This document shows positions 1 through 9,459 of a stretch of DNA of 49,725 nucleotides, one piece after another (position 1 is the stretch's first letter; the number at the start of each line of letters is the position of its first letter). A program made the translations under genes and the position numbers. The notes under the pieces were generated by a model, which searched no databases, was not told the origin of the DNA, and worked only from the letters and a program-made list of their open reading frames with translations. The stretch comes from Candidatus Elulimicrobium sp. GTDB taxonomy: Bacteria > Patescibacteriota > Minisyncoccia > Phycocordibacterales > UBA918. Where the stretch lies: positions 1 through 49,725 of the forward strand of contig DZBU01000005.1 of the NCBI GenBank assembly GCA_022730015.1, written 5' to 3'.

Positions 1-53
1 GCTTTTTCAAGAGTGATATACTTCTCCATAATGATGCATCATGTCATGTTTCT

Positions 54-419
54 ATGAATGAGTCGATCGCACAAAAGAAAACAAAACCCCGTATTGCCAT
101 CTATTACGACAGACAATGTGGCTTTTGTCGGCGGGCGGTAGCGCTGATCGTACGCTGGTTTATGGTGCGTGTGTCACACACTGGACCCGCGCAAGCCGAG
201 GAAGAAATATACAAACTTATGCAGGCCCACGACTCTTGGGTGGTCAGAAACGAAAAAGGGGAGACTTTCACCACTTTTCAGGCTGGAGTTGAGATAGCGA
301 GACACTCACCAGTACTGTGGGTGTTGGTACCTTTGGCACGGCCACGCTTCATACAGCGATTTGGGGAATGGACTTACCGAAAAATTGCTCGAAACAGACA
401 CCGTATTTGGTTGCCCTAG
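54..419 (+). CDS. DCC1-like thiol-disulfide oxidoreductase family protein (DUF393)
   Basis: N-terminal YYDRQCGFC (DxxCxxC) motif and C-terminal YRKIARNRH, both typical of the DCC family; 121 aa. Confidence 0.8.
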   Translation: MNESIAQKKTKPRIAIYYDRQCGFCRRAVALIVRWFMVRVSHTGPAQAEEEIYKLMQAHDSWVVRNEKGETFTTFQAGVEIARHSPVLWVLVPLARPRFIQRFGEWTYRKIARNRHRIWLP

Positions 420-613
420 TCGCCAAGCGGTGATCCTCCTAGGAAGGAATTCAAAATTAAGAGTAAAATAAACCCTCCAAGCACCATGAGTACATATTTC
501 ATATTGTTTAAGTATAACAGACTGCTTGTCTATGCGACCAGATTTGACAACAATATTTAATTTATTTTCTTTTCATAGTATACACAGGTTTTTTAAAGGA
601 TATATTAAATAAT

Positions 614-622
614 TGCTATAAT
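614..622 (+). promoter_or_regulatory. Extended -10 promoter (TGCTATAAT) of the giant fibre gene; probably leaderless
   Basis: TGnTATAAT ends 6 nt before the GTG at 629; no Shine-Dalgarno in the gap. Confidence 0.6.
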
Positions 623-628
623 GAAAAG

Positions 629-3600
629 GTGAAATTTGTGACGACAATGATGCTGGTCGTTTTTTGGTGTGGATTAACTGTTCCGTCTTTTGCTCATGCC
701 GAAACAAAGGATTCAAATTTATTTTGTTCGGTTTTAGGTTGGGTGGTCAAGCCAATTGGTTTTTGTAAGGAAGAAATTATTCCAGAAATTTCTCCAAACA
801 CTGAAAATTCTGTAACAAACCCAGTTGTCCAAGGACCAACTGTACCAACTCCTTTTTCTTCTACTGATGAGATATTGGAAGTTAGACCAATCGAACTAGG
901 AAATACTCTAGAATCCGATTCAGTGCCAGTAACGATCGTAAAGGAATACGTTACAGTGAATGGAAGCGGTGTTTCAGAAGCATATGTTGATCAGCGCATC
1001 AGAGAGCTTTTGATCTACATAAATTCCTTTCCTCGTACAACAGACCTCTTGGCGATGGATAGAAATCCATCAGAACTTGTTGATGCGAGTGATTATGTGA
1101 CGAGAGAGTATATCTATAAGACCTTAGACAAAGTCGATAACCAGATCGACAATGCGATCGATAGTCTTAAAGATAGTCTCACGTCTGAGCCTATCTTTAC
1201 CAGCCCGACACTGGTTGATGCGATACTAAATGGCACTACTTACGTAAACGGCAGGTTGGGATTGGGGACCTCAAGTCCTGCTGACCTTCTTGCGGTTGAG
1301 GGCGCTGTCTACCTAGCAGAGACCAACCCAACTCAAGTTGATGATCGACTATATAATTTTGGTGGAGATCTGTATTGGAATGGTTCAGTCGTGACGAGTG
1401 CCGCGCTCGGTAATTGGTCAGCGAGCGGCAGCGATGTGTTTAGACTGGCGGGCAATGTTGGTATCGGCACCACCTCACCGTACGCCAAGCTTTCCGTGGT
1501 GGGTAATGTAGTAGCTGATTCATACATGGCACTTTCTACGACTTCTACTTCCACCTTTATGGCGGGGGTGGATCTCGGTGCTGGGAATGGATATTTCATT
1601 GGAGGTTATAATGTTCTTTCCGGAAGTATAGCTGGCGGTGTTGTTGGATTTGATAATACTAATAGCTCTGGTGGAGTTGCAATAGGAATGTCAAACAACA
1701 GTACTGGTTTTTCGGGGACCGCTATAGGAATGAGTAATATAACGAGCAGTACAATTGCAACTGCGATTGGTTTTGGTAATGATGCAAGTAATTTCTTTGC
1801 GACGGCTATCGGATACAGTAACATCGCAAGTGCATTTGGTTCAGTTGCGATTGGTTCAGGTGTAGAAAATAGTATCGCAGATTCCCTCATGCTCGGTCCT
1901 TCCGACGCAGCAAAGTTGACCATTCTTTCAAGCGGCAATGTTGGTATTGGCACTACGACACCAGATAGCGAACTTACCGTCGCTGGTGACCTTTACCTCA
2001 CCGGAGCTTTTAAGGACTCTACCAATGCTGCAGGTACCCTTGGTCAAATACTCAGTTCTACGGGTGCGGCAACGGTCTGGACCTCTACCTCTAGTCTTGG
2101 TCTTGGCAATGGCACCTTCCTCGGACTTTCTGATACACCATCCTCATATACTGCCAACCGTCTCATCTTTACCAATAGTGGTGGTACAGCGTTGACCGAT
2201 TCCGCCAACCTTGTGTTTGATGGCACAAATTTTGGTATTGGTAGCAGCACACCAGGTAACAGATTTTCGGTTGGTGGCAACTCTTATCTCGTTGGTGGCG
2301 GCAGTAGCTCCGATGTCGCTCTTACAGTTAAAAGTGGTTATGGTTTTGATTCTGCCAACCTGCAAGACTGGCGAAAATATGATGGAACTCTCGTGGCTTC
2401 AGTCTTAGGTACTGGAGGATTAGCAGTCAATCGTTCATCTACTGGTGGATACTCGCACTTCGGCCCCGATACAACTAATCTAACTGTTAGCGACGCTATT
2501 GATTCATTGGTTGTAGTAAAAAACGATACCTTAGGTGTTGGTACATACAGAGCACTAACTGCTGCAGTCGAGTTTTCGGCCCCAATAGATTCTGCAGGCA
2601 GTCACTTTGGCTTAAACGGCTTTGCTTATTTACAGAGTAATAACAATTTAACGAGTTCTTTGGCTACTGGAGCTGGCGGTCTTTCTGGTGGTCGTTACGC
2701 AATACGTATCGGCAGCGCCGTGACTGCAACACCCTTGATTTCTCTAGCGACTGGTGCCTCATCTGGATTTACGGATTCAAGTAGTGCTGGTGTAGCTAAT
2801 ATTACAGACCTTGCTTTATTTAATGCCGAATCGACTACTGTATATAGTTCAAACATTACCAATCAAAGTGGCTTACGAGTCATGAATGCTTCTGATTTAG
2901 GAGGAAGCATCACCAATCAATACGGAGTCTACGTAGACAATCTGACATCTGGTACAAATAATTACTCTATTTATGCAGGTACTGCCCGGTCATACTTCGG
3001 TGGCAATGTTGGCATCGGTACCACATCACCGTACGCCAAGCTTTCTGTTGTTGGTCAAACAGTCGCAGACTACTTTACTGCAGCAAATACAAATGCAACT
3101 AGTACTTTTTATGGTGATCTCGCAGTCGGTAGTACGGGTGTGACAGGTGCACGTTTAACAATTAATAAAACAAGTGTCTCAACAGCTGCTGGCAGTGAGT
3201 TTGGTATTAGCAATACGATAAGTGATACTGGTGTCACGACAAGTGGTACAGACAGTATTTTTGGCCTGAGTAATGTCATTACGCATGGTGGTGCAACAGG
3301 AGGAACTAGTGATACGTATGGTGTATACAACAGCATGTCCGTGGACGATGTCGTGTCTGGTGCATCAAACGCATATGGAATATATACACTCGTAAATCAG
3401 GGTCCTAATGCAACTATTCCTGACAATTCTTTTGGTGCATACGCGAATCTCGTTGGTACAAATGCATATGGTTCAAGGCTGTACTTTAATAATGCGGCTG
3501 GTGTTGGTACTGGTTACGGAATGCGTCTTACCCCCAGCGCTCTTACTGGTACTGGCATGAGTGCTGTCTATGGAATGTATGTTGATAATTTCACTAATGC

Positions 3601-6600
3601 GACAAACGTTACCGGTCTCTATGTTGCTGACCAAGGCACTAGTGCAACACACTACGGTGTTTATACTGACGGTAGTACGAAATCATACTTCGGTGGCAAT
3701 GTTGGCATCGGTACCACATCACCGTACGCCAAGCTGTCGGTGGTCGGTAGTGTGGTTGCTGATTCATATACGGCACTTTCTACCACAGCAACGTCTACTT
3801 TTACCGCGGGAGTGAATGTGGCCATGGGAATTGGATACTTCATCGGAGGTTCAAAGGTGCTTAATCAAGACGCTTCAAATAATTTCACGGCTGGTATACA
3901 AAATACTGTCAGTAGTGCTAATACTTCTGTAGCAGTCGGCAGTTACAATACCATATCTTCGATTCTTGCAACGGCAATCGGATTTGCGAACACAGCAAAT
4001 AATATTAATGCAACGGCAATTGGAAACCAGAATATCGCTTCTAGCTCTTCTGCCACTGCACTTGGTTTTCAAAATATTGCTTCTGCAGCAGGAGCTGTCG
4101 CCGTCGGTAATGGTGTCAGCAACTCAATCGCCAGCTCGCTAATGATCGGTCCGTCTAACAGTTCAAAGTTGACCATTCTTTCAAGTGGCAATGTCGGTAT
4201 TGGTACAAGTTCACCATGGGCAAAATTGGCTGTGCAAGATGCTTATGGTTCGCAGGCGCCCCTGTTTGATGTTGCGTCAACAACTTCTTCTGGTTTTGCA
4301 ACTAGTTCAATTTTCTCGGTAGCTGCTTCTGGTGAGGTGAAGATCAAAGGTGTAAATTCTACTTTTGCTTTACTTGGTCCAAATCTCTTTACTATCGCAT
4401 CTTCGTCGGGTACTAGCATGGTGTCGGTAAGTCCGTTTGGTAAAGTTAATATTAATCGTGGTGATATTACTTACGCATCAGAATTTGGCGCAGACAAACA
4501 AAGCAGTTTGAACGTAAAAAGCACAAGAACCAGTGGCTCTGGTTTGGGCGGATACTATGACACACCAAATACCAATATCTCCTCAGTCTTCACGTATAAC
4601 CCGACAGCTGATGACAGCGAGTACTATGCTGGCAATTTCTCCAGACTCATCTTTGGTGGAGTGGGAGACAGTATTTTCGGAAGTGTTTCAGGTTCGGTCA
4701 ACAATGTTAGGAAGACAAATACCGGAACGGCGGCAGAGGTCAATGGAGTGGTTTCTTATGTAGATATAGACGCTGGAATAACCAATAGTGCTTTCGGTAT
4801 CAATAGTCTGGTCTATAATGACAGTATTGTTGCAAATAGCGTACAGAATGCTTACGGAATTTACAGCTCAATTGACGGCATTGCTGCATTCAACGATGTT
4901 ATCACCAATGCATATGGTCTTTACACTAATTTTGATCTTACAAACATCACCAACGCATACGCCATATATACGAATGGTTCAGCAAAATCATACTTCGGTG
5001 GCAATGTCGGTATCGGCACCACTTCACCGTATGCCGAGCTCTCGGTGGTTGGAGATGTCGTCGCTGATTCATACATTGCTCTTTCTACTACTTCTACCTC
5101 TACCTTTGCGGCAGGAGTAAATGTGGGTTCAGGCAGTGGTTACTTTATGAACGAAAAACTAGCACTTAGTGGTGACATTGGTTCAGATACTGTCATTGGT
5201 TTTGGAAATACTGTCAACGTGAGTGGTCTCGCGATCGGTAACAGCAACACAGCATCAGCTTTAAGTAGTGTTGCTGTTGGTCTAAGTAATAATGCTTCAT
5301 CACTGGCTGCTGTGGCTATGGGATACACGAACATAGCAAGTAATTTATTTACCAGTGCAGTCGGGTATGTAAACAGTGCCACGTCATCTGGCGCTACCGC
5401 TCTCGGCTATATCAATAATGCTGGAGGATCTAATTCTGTAGCGATTGGAAATAGTAATAATGCATATGCTGCGGGATCAATCGCGATCGGAAGGTCAATC
5501 ACCAACACTATTACAGATTCTCTTCAAATTGGACCATCTAACACTGCAAAGCTCACTATTCTTTCAACTGGTAATTATGGTATCGGTACTACCTCACCAA
5601 ACGCAAAATTAAATATCTATAGTAACGTTACAACAAATGGTCAAATCGGTGGATTGAGTACGGATCTCGTATCGTCATCACTTGCTGGCGGTGCTGTCTA
5701 TGGAAACAAAACTACTTTATCTAGTATTGGTGGAGTTCCTCCAGACACATCGGTGTATCTTAATCACACTGCTTCAACGGTAAGTTGTTTTGGTTGCGGA
5801 TTAGTAAAATTGTATGGAAACTACGTTTCGTTTGCTAATGATAGCTCCAACAGTCAAAGGTACGGTTTTTATGCTGATTCTGCTGGTTCTGGATTTTCTA
5901 CAAAATCATTTTTTGCAAACCTAGATGATAATAGTGGTGCTGTCGGGTACACCGCTAGTTCAACTGCCAGTTTCTCGGGTGATTATTTGAACTTCACAAA
6001 AGGCAACAGTACCATACTGACAGTTGAAGGTGGCGGTAATGTTGGTATTGGTACATCTACACCAGCCAAAGCCTTGCAGGTTATCGGTGACATCCGTACC
6101 GGTACCACGGGAACAAACGGTTGTATTGAAAACTTTGCTGGTACAGCGCTCGCCGGAACCTGTTCATCAGATAAAACACTGAAGAAAGACATTACACCAA
6201 TCGGGAATATTCTTTCAAAACTTGCCCAGATCACCCCGTCTACATTTTATTGGAATGATCTAGCTGCTAGTACGCTACAAAATTCTACCGAGACGATCAA
6301 CTATGGCCTGGTTGCTCAAGATGTTGCTCCAGTATTTCCTGATATGGTCTCAGTGACCAGTAGTGGCTATTTAGGGGTCAATTACTCCATGCTCCCGATT
6401 CTTACCTTACAGGGTCTGCTTGATATGAATGCAATGGTAGAGAGCCTGTCGTCAACTACAGCACCACTCACTGATGCTTCAGGAGAAAAGACTTTTGCTG
6501 GTAAATTCTTTGACCGTTTGACTGGGTGGTTTGCCGATAGAGCAAACGGAATCCAGGATCTCTTTGCGAATCGAGTACGAACCAAGACGCTCTGTATTAG

Positions 6601-6958
6601 TGACGAAACTGAAGGCGAAACATGTATCACAAAAGATCAGCTTGATAAGCTATTGCTAGAGGTTACCAAGGAAACTGCAAGTGGCAACCAGTCAGTGTCT
6701 GGGTCAGCTAGTGTTCCAACTGAATCCGTCGAAACACAAGTAGTAGCATCATCTACTGACACTGTCACTGCCACCAGTACAGTTTCTGAGGAGCTGCTAG
6801 CTGAAGGTAGTGTTGAAGTAGTTGCTCCAGATCAGACAGAAGGTGCTAATGAAGAAGGGGTGATCACTGAGCCAGCACTTTCGGAAGTGGTGCAGGTTGA
6901 GGCTGAGGTGTTGCCAATTGTCGAACCAGCTGCTGAAGATCCTAGTTTGATCGAGTAG
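629..6958 (+). CDS. Giant secreted modular fibre/adhesin (GNVGIGT joints, YadA-head-like repeats, C-terminal peptidase S74-like intramolecular chaperone)
   Basis: Signal peptide ending AHA; about 10 GxxG(I/L)G(T/S) joints; three blocks of (S/A)xA(I/V/L)G repeats; SSDKTLKKDI...YGLVAQDV...FPDMV...GVNYS matches the S74 chaperone pattern; acidic low-complexity tail. Confidence 0.8.
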   Translation: MKFVTTMMLVVFWCGLTVPSFAHAETKDSNLFCSVLGWVVKPIGFCKEEIIPEISPNTENSVTNPVVQGPTVPTPFSSTDEILEVRPIELGNTLESDSVPVTIVKEYVTVNGSGVSEAYVDQRIRELLIYINSFPRTTDLLAMDRNPSELVDASDYVTREYIYKTLDKVDNQIDNAIDSLKDSLTSEPIFTSPTLVDAILNGTTYVNGRLGLGTSSPADLLAVEGAVYLAETNPTQVDDRLYNFGGDLYWNGSVVTSAALGNWSASGSDVFRLAGNVGIGTTSPYAKLSVVGNVVADSYMALSTTSTSTFMAGVDLGAGNGYFIGGYNVLSGSIAGGVVGFDNTNSSGGVAIGMSNNSTGFSGTAIGMSNITSSTIATAIGFGNDASNFFATAIGYSNIASAFGSVAIGSGVENSIADSLMLGPSDAAKLTILSSGNVGIGTTTPDSELTVAGDLYLTGAFKDSTNAAGTLGQILSSTGAATVWTSTSSLGLGNGTFLGLSDTPSSYTANRLIFTNSGGTALTDSANLVFDGTNFGIGSSTPGNRFSVGGNSYLVGGGSSSDVALTVKSGYGFDSANLQDWRKYDGTLVASVLGTGGLAVNRSSTGGYSHFGPDTTNLTVSDAIDSLVVVKNDTLGVGTYRALTAAVEFSAPIDSAGSHFGLNGFAYLQSNNNLTSSLATGAGGLSGGRYAIRIGSAVTATPLISLATGASSGFTDSSSAGVANITDLALFNAESTTVYSSNITNQSGLRVMNASDLGGSITNQYGVYVDNLTSGTNNYSIYAGTARSYFGGNVGIGTTSPYAKLSVVGQTVADYFTAANTNATSTFYGDLAVGSTGVTGARLTINKTSVSTAAGSEFGISNTISDTGVTTSGTDSIFGLSNVITHGGATGGTSDTYGVYNSMSVDDVVSGASNAYGIYTLVNQGPNATIPDNSFGAYANLVGTNAYGSRLYFNNAAGVGTGYGMRLTPSALTGTGMSAVYGMYVDNFTNATNVTGLYVADQGTSATHYGVYTDGSTKSYFGGNVGIGTTSPYAKLSVVGSVVADSYTALSTTATSTFTAGVNVAMGIGYFIGGSKVLNQDASNNFTAGIQNTVSSANTSVAVGSYNTISSILATAIGFANTANNINATAIGNQNIASSSSATALGFQNIASAAGAVAVGNGVSNSIASSLMIGPSNSSKLTILSSGNVGIGTSSPWAKLAVQDAYGSQAPLFDVASTTSSGFATSSIFSVAASGEVKIKGVNSTFALLGPNLFTIASSSGTSMVSVSPFGKVNINRGDITYASEFGADKQSSLNVKSTRTSGSGLGGYYDTPNTNISSVFTYNPTADDSEYYAGNFSRLIFGGVGDSIFGSVSGSVNNVRKTNTGTAAEVNGVVSYVDIDAGITNSAFGINSLVYNDSIVANSVQNAYGIYSSIDGIAAFNDVITNAYGLYTNFDLTNITNAYAIYTNGSAKSYFGGNVGIGTTSPYAELSVVGDVVADSYIALSTTSTSTFAAGVNVGSGSGYFMNEKLALSGDIGSDTVIGFGNTVNVSGLAIGNSNTASALSSVAVGLSNNASSLAAVAMGYTNIASNLFTSAVGYVNSATSSGATALGYINNAGGSNSVAIGNSNNAYAAGSIAIGRSITNTITDSLQIGPSNTAKLTILSTGNYGIGTTSPNAKLNIYSNVTTNGQIGGLSTDLVSSSLAGGAVYGNKTTLSSIGGVPPDTSVYLNHTASTVSCFGCGLVKLYGNYVSFANDSSNSQRYGFYADSAGSGFSTKSFFANLDDNSGAVGYTASSTASFSGDYLNFTKGNSTILTVEGGGNVGIGTSTPAKALQVIGDIRTGTTGTNGCIENFAGTALAGTCSSDKTLKKDITPIGNILSKLAQITPSTFYWNDLAASTLQNSTETINYGLVAQDVAPVFPDMVSVTSSGYLGVNYSMLPILTLQGLLDMNAMVESLSSTTAPLTDASGEKTFAGKFFDRLTGWFADRANGIQDLFANRVRTKTLCISDETEGETCITKDQLDKLLLEVTKETASGNQSVSGSASVPTESVETQVVASSTDTVTATSTVSEELLAEGSVEVVAPDQTEGANEEGVITEPALSEVVQVEAEVLPIVEPAAEDPSLIE
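2990..3735 (+). repeat. 53-bp exact direct repeat (2990-3042 and 3683-3735) encoding SYFGGNVGIGTTSPYAKL; diverged copies near 1451 and 4988
   Basis: tcatacttcggtggcaatgttggcatcggtaccacatcaccgtacgccaagct occurs twice identically. Confidence 0.9.
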
Positions 6959-6961
6959 GGG

Positions 6962-7624
6962 TTACCAATTTATTTTTGGTAGCAAATTTTGCGCAAGGTA
7001 TTCGTTGGTCTGACTGAAATGTTTGCAGCCGAAAAATCCATGATATGCAGAGAATGGCGAAGGGTGTGGCGCTTCAAGTACTAGGTGCTTCGATTTATCT
7101 ATGAGGGCAGCTTTGGATCGGGCAAAATTGCCCCAAAGCAGAAAGACCACGTGTTCCTTTTTGTCAGAAATAGTTTTTATAACCGCGTCAGTGAACGTCT
7201 CCCATCCAAGGCCTTGGTGTGAGCCGGGCTGGCTCTGTTCCACTGTGAGAGTCACGTTGAGGAGGAGCACACCTTGTTTTGCCCAACGTTCGAGGTTGCC
7301 ACTTTCGGGTATCTCGACGCCAAGATCATTTTTGATCTCTTTGTAGATATTTTGTAGTGAAGGTGGGGTCTTGATTCCATTTGGTACTGAGAAGGAAAGG
7401 CCGTGCGCTTGGCCTTCACCGTGATACGGATCTTGTCCCAAGATGACCACCTTGACCTGATCAAACGAACACAATGTAAATGCTTTTAAAACATTTTTTG
7501 GGGAAGGGAAGACGACACGAGAGAGATACGCTTCTTTCATTGCTTTAGAAAGGTCAGCAAAATACGGCTTTTCAAATTCTGCTTGGAGCGCTTCCTTCCA
7601 CGATGGTTCGATGTTTACATCCAT
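6962..7624 (-). CDS. ung: Uracil-DNA glycosylase (family 1)
   Basis: GQDPYH, PPSL, LLLN, LWG and HPSP motifs; start moved to ATG 7624 (MDVNIEPSW), 9 nt after a TGCTATACT -10. Confidence 0.95.
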   Translation of the reverse strand: MDVNIEPSWKEALQAEFEKPYFADLSKAMKEAYLSRVVFPSPKNVLKAFTLCSFDQVKVVILGQDPYHGEGQAHGLSFSVPNGIKTPPSLQNIYKEIKNDLGVEIPESGNLERWAKQGVLLLNVTLTVEQSQPGSHQGLGWETFTDAVIKTISDKKEHVVFLLWGNFARSKAALIDKSKHLVLEAPHPSPFSAYHGFFGCKHFSQTNEYLAQNLLPKINW

Positions 7625-7693
7625 ATAAGAGACAGTATAGCAAAGATAAAAGTGAGAAAATCTTCTGAAAATAGCGGCCACGGCCGCCATTTT

Positions 7694-8557
7694 CTATTTT
7701 TGGCACCCTGGGCAGTAGTGGGTGCCACGACCGGCACAGCGAATTTTTTTAATGGTGGCGCCACAGCGTTCACAGGTCTTGCCGTGCTGGCCAAACACCT
7801 TCAAATGGTCTGTAAAATTTCCATTCTCTCCACCAGTATCGACGAAATGTTGAAAGGTGGTACCGCCGACGGCGATGGATTCCTTCATGACGTCTCCGGC
7901 GGCGGCGCAAAGCGCCGCCGCCTCCTTCTTGGTAACTCTATCTGCTCGCCTGGTCGGCCTCACTTGCGCACGCCACAAAGCTTCGTCGACATAGATATTC
8001 CCGAGACCAGCGATGAATGATTGGTCGAGCAGCGCCGCCTTGATAGATGTTTTGCGGGCTCGCACTTTGCCAACAAACCACTCACAGTCAAAGTCTAGTG
8101 CAATCGGCTCTGGGCCAAAACAAGCTCGCGCCCGCTCTACTTCCTCTGCACTGGCAATTTTTGTATAGCCAAACAGACGCATGTCGTTAAAGAAAAGGGT
8201 GGTGCCGTCGGTAAAGTGAAAGGCGATGCGGGTGTGCCGGCCGGGAAGGGTTCGGTCGGCGACAGTGGCAGAGTGACCGCCGCCGACCACCCTCCTATCC
8301 TTCCCAACATAAAAAAACTGCCCAGTCATCTTGAGGTGTGCCAGCAGAAATAAATTATTTTCTCCAACAAATGAGAAGATTAATAATTTACCTATTCGGT
8401 CGATATCGGCAAGGGTTTTACCACGAAGTTTTTCCTCAATCTGATCATCAAAAACCACTGTCTTACTATGAAAAACCTCGACACGGTCGATCGTTTTTCC
8501 AATCACTTTATGTCGCAGTTGCATACGCACCGTTTCTACCTCAGGGAGTTCTGGCAT
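7694..8557 (-). CDS. mutM: Formamidopyrimidine-DNA glycosylase (Fpg)
   Basis: N-terminal PELPEVET, HLKMTG, H2TH GLGNIYVDE, C-terminal CERC...CPGCQ zinc finger. Confidence 0.96.
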   Translation of the reverse strand: MPELPEVETVRMQLRHKVIGKTIDRVEVFHSKTVVFDDQIEEKLRGKTLADIDRIGKLLIFSFVGENNLFLLAHLKMTGQFFYVGKDRRVVGGGHSATVADRTLPGRHTRIAFHFTDGTTLFFNDMRLFGYTKIASAEEVERARACFGPEPIALDFDCEWFVGKVRARKTSIKAALLDQSFIAGLGNIYVDEALWRAQVRPTRRADRVTKKEAAALCAAAGDVMKESIAVGGTTFQHFVDTGGENGNFTDHLKVFGQHGKTCERCGATIKKIRCAGRGTHYCPGCQK

Positions 8558-8593
8558 GTTTTGTACTATACCACCACCCCTGAATTTTGCAGG

Positions 8594-8621
8594 TTGAAAT
8601 CGCCGTAAAAAACTGTAGAAT
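8594..8621 (+). promoter_or_regulatory. Sigma70-like promoter of tRNA-Asn
   Basis: TTGAAA-16 nt-TAGAAT upstream of the tRNA, followed by hairpin ctacttac/gtaagtag in the leader. Confidence 0.5.
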
Positions 8622-8661
8622 AGCAGCTACTTACGATAATGTAAGTAGACCACCCATATAT

Positions 8662-8733
8662 TCCTCGGTAGCTCAGCGGTAGAGCAGTCGACTGTTAATC
8701 GATTGGTCGCAGGTTCGAATCCTGCCCGGGGAG
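8662..8733 (+). tRNA. tRNA-Asn (GTT), CCA not encoded
   Basis: Acceptor stem TCCTCGG/CCGGGGA, D arm gctcagcggtagagc, anticodon arm gtcga-ctGTTaa-tcgat, T arm gcagg-ttcgaat-cctgc, discriminator G followed by CAA. Confidence 0.96.
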
Positions 8734-8737
8734 CAAT

Positions 8738-8766
8738 AATAAAACACCCTTTTAGGGTGTTTTATT
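8738..8766 (+). terminator. Intrinsic terminator after tRNA-Asn
   Basis: aataaaacaccct-ttt-agggtgttttatt hairpin. Confidence 0.75.
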
Positions 8767-9082
8767 AAAGATTTTAAGTGAAAAGTTTCAGGTTTGTGCT
8801 GCCGCCGATGCTCCAGCTGTATTTGCTGCCCTTGAATGTGAAAAATCCGATATTGTTTTATTGGATCTGATTTTGCCTAGTATAGATGGGTTTGAGATCT
8901 TGACTCGACTCAAAGCAGATCAGAATTGGAGGTCTATTCCTGTGTTGATCTTGTCTAACCTTGGTCGGCAAGAGGACGTTGATCGTGCTATGTCACTTGG
9001 AGCAGAGGGTTTTATGATAAAGGCTAATTTTACTCTGGATGAAATTGTGCAGCGCGTGAAAGAAATTTTAGATGTTGAATGA
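8756..9082 (+). pseudogene. 5'-truncated single-domain response regulator (receiver domain)
   Basis: Frame reads ...DIVLLDLILPSIDGFEILTRLK...IPVLILSNLG...GAEGFMIKANF; it is open back to a TAG at 8753 inside the tRNA terminator, with no start codon and no beta1 acidic (ED/DD) motif. Confidence 0.7.
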
Positions 9083-9226
9083 GATGAATCGGGGACGATT
9101 TTTTTGTAATAATCTGATGAAATACTGTGAGCTGGCTGGACAGAGTAGGAAAATAGTGTTAATAAAAGTCGTTCCTTTTTAAGGATAAGCCAGTTATTTA
9201 ACTTCAAAAGACAAGGAGAGTATCGA

Positions 9227-9424
9227 GTGATCAGCAAGATTACGTACCTTATTGCTTTTCAGTATCATCTCAGTGGATTTGAGTTGGGTTTCGGGACTAT
9301 GCAAATGGTCTTGGAACACCCGATCAAACCTGCTGATCTACCAAATATCCAAAGACAGGTCAGAGAGCACTATGATCAGTCGAATCTCATAGTCACCGCC
9401 TTTTCCAAGTTTGAGCTTGGATAG
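9227..9424 (+). CDS. Small hypothetical protein (65 aa)
   Basis: AGGAG Shine-Dalgarno before the GTG and a terminator directly after the stop. Confidence 0.6.
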   Translation: MISKITYLIAFQYHLSGFELGFGTMQMVLEHPIKPADLPNIQRQVREHYDQSNLIVTAFSKFELG

Positions 9425-9459
9425 CCCACCAGCAGAAACCTGCCTCGGTGGGTTTTTTT
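9423..9459 (+). terminator. Intrinsic terminator
   Basis: cccacc-a-gcag-aaac-ctgc-ctc-ggtggg followed by T7. Confidence 0.7.

Noticed and set aside
1451-5040. Diversity-generating retroelement template/variable repeat pair
   Set aside because: No reverse transcriptase in the window, and repeat mismatches are mostly synonymous C/T changes rather than adenine-specific.
629-6958. Prophage tail gene or CRISPR-like repeat array
   Set aside because: It has a signal peptide and no capsid, terminase or integrase neighbours; the repeats are in-frame coding and irregularly spaced by hundreds of bp.
9090-9174. MITE-like inverted repeat (gggacgattttt / aaaagtcgttcc)
   Set aside because: Short, imperfect, with no target-site duplication or second copy seen.
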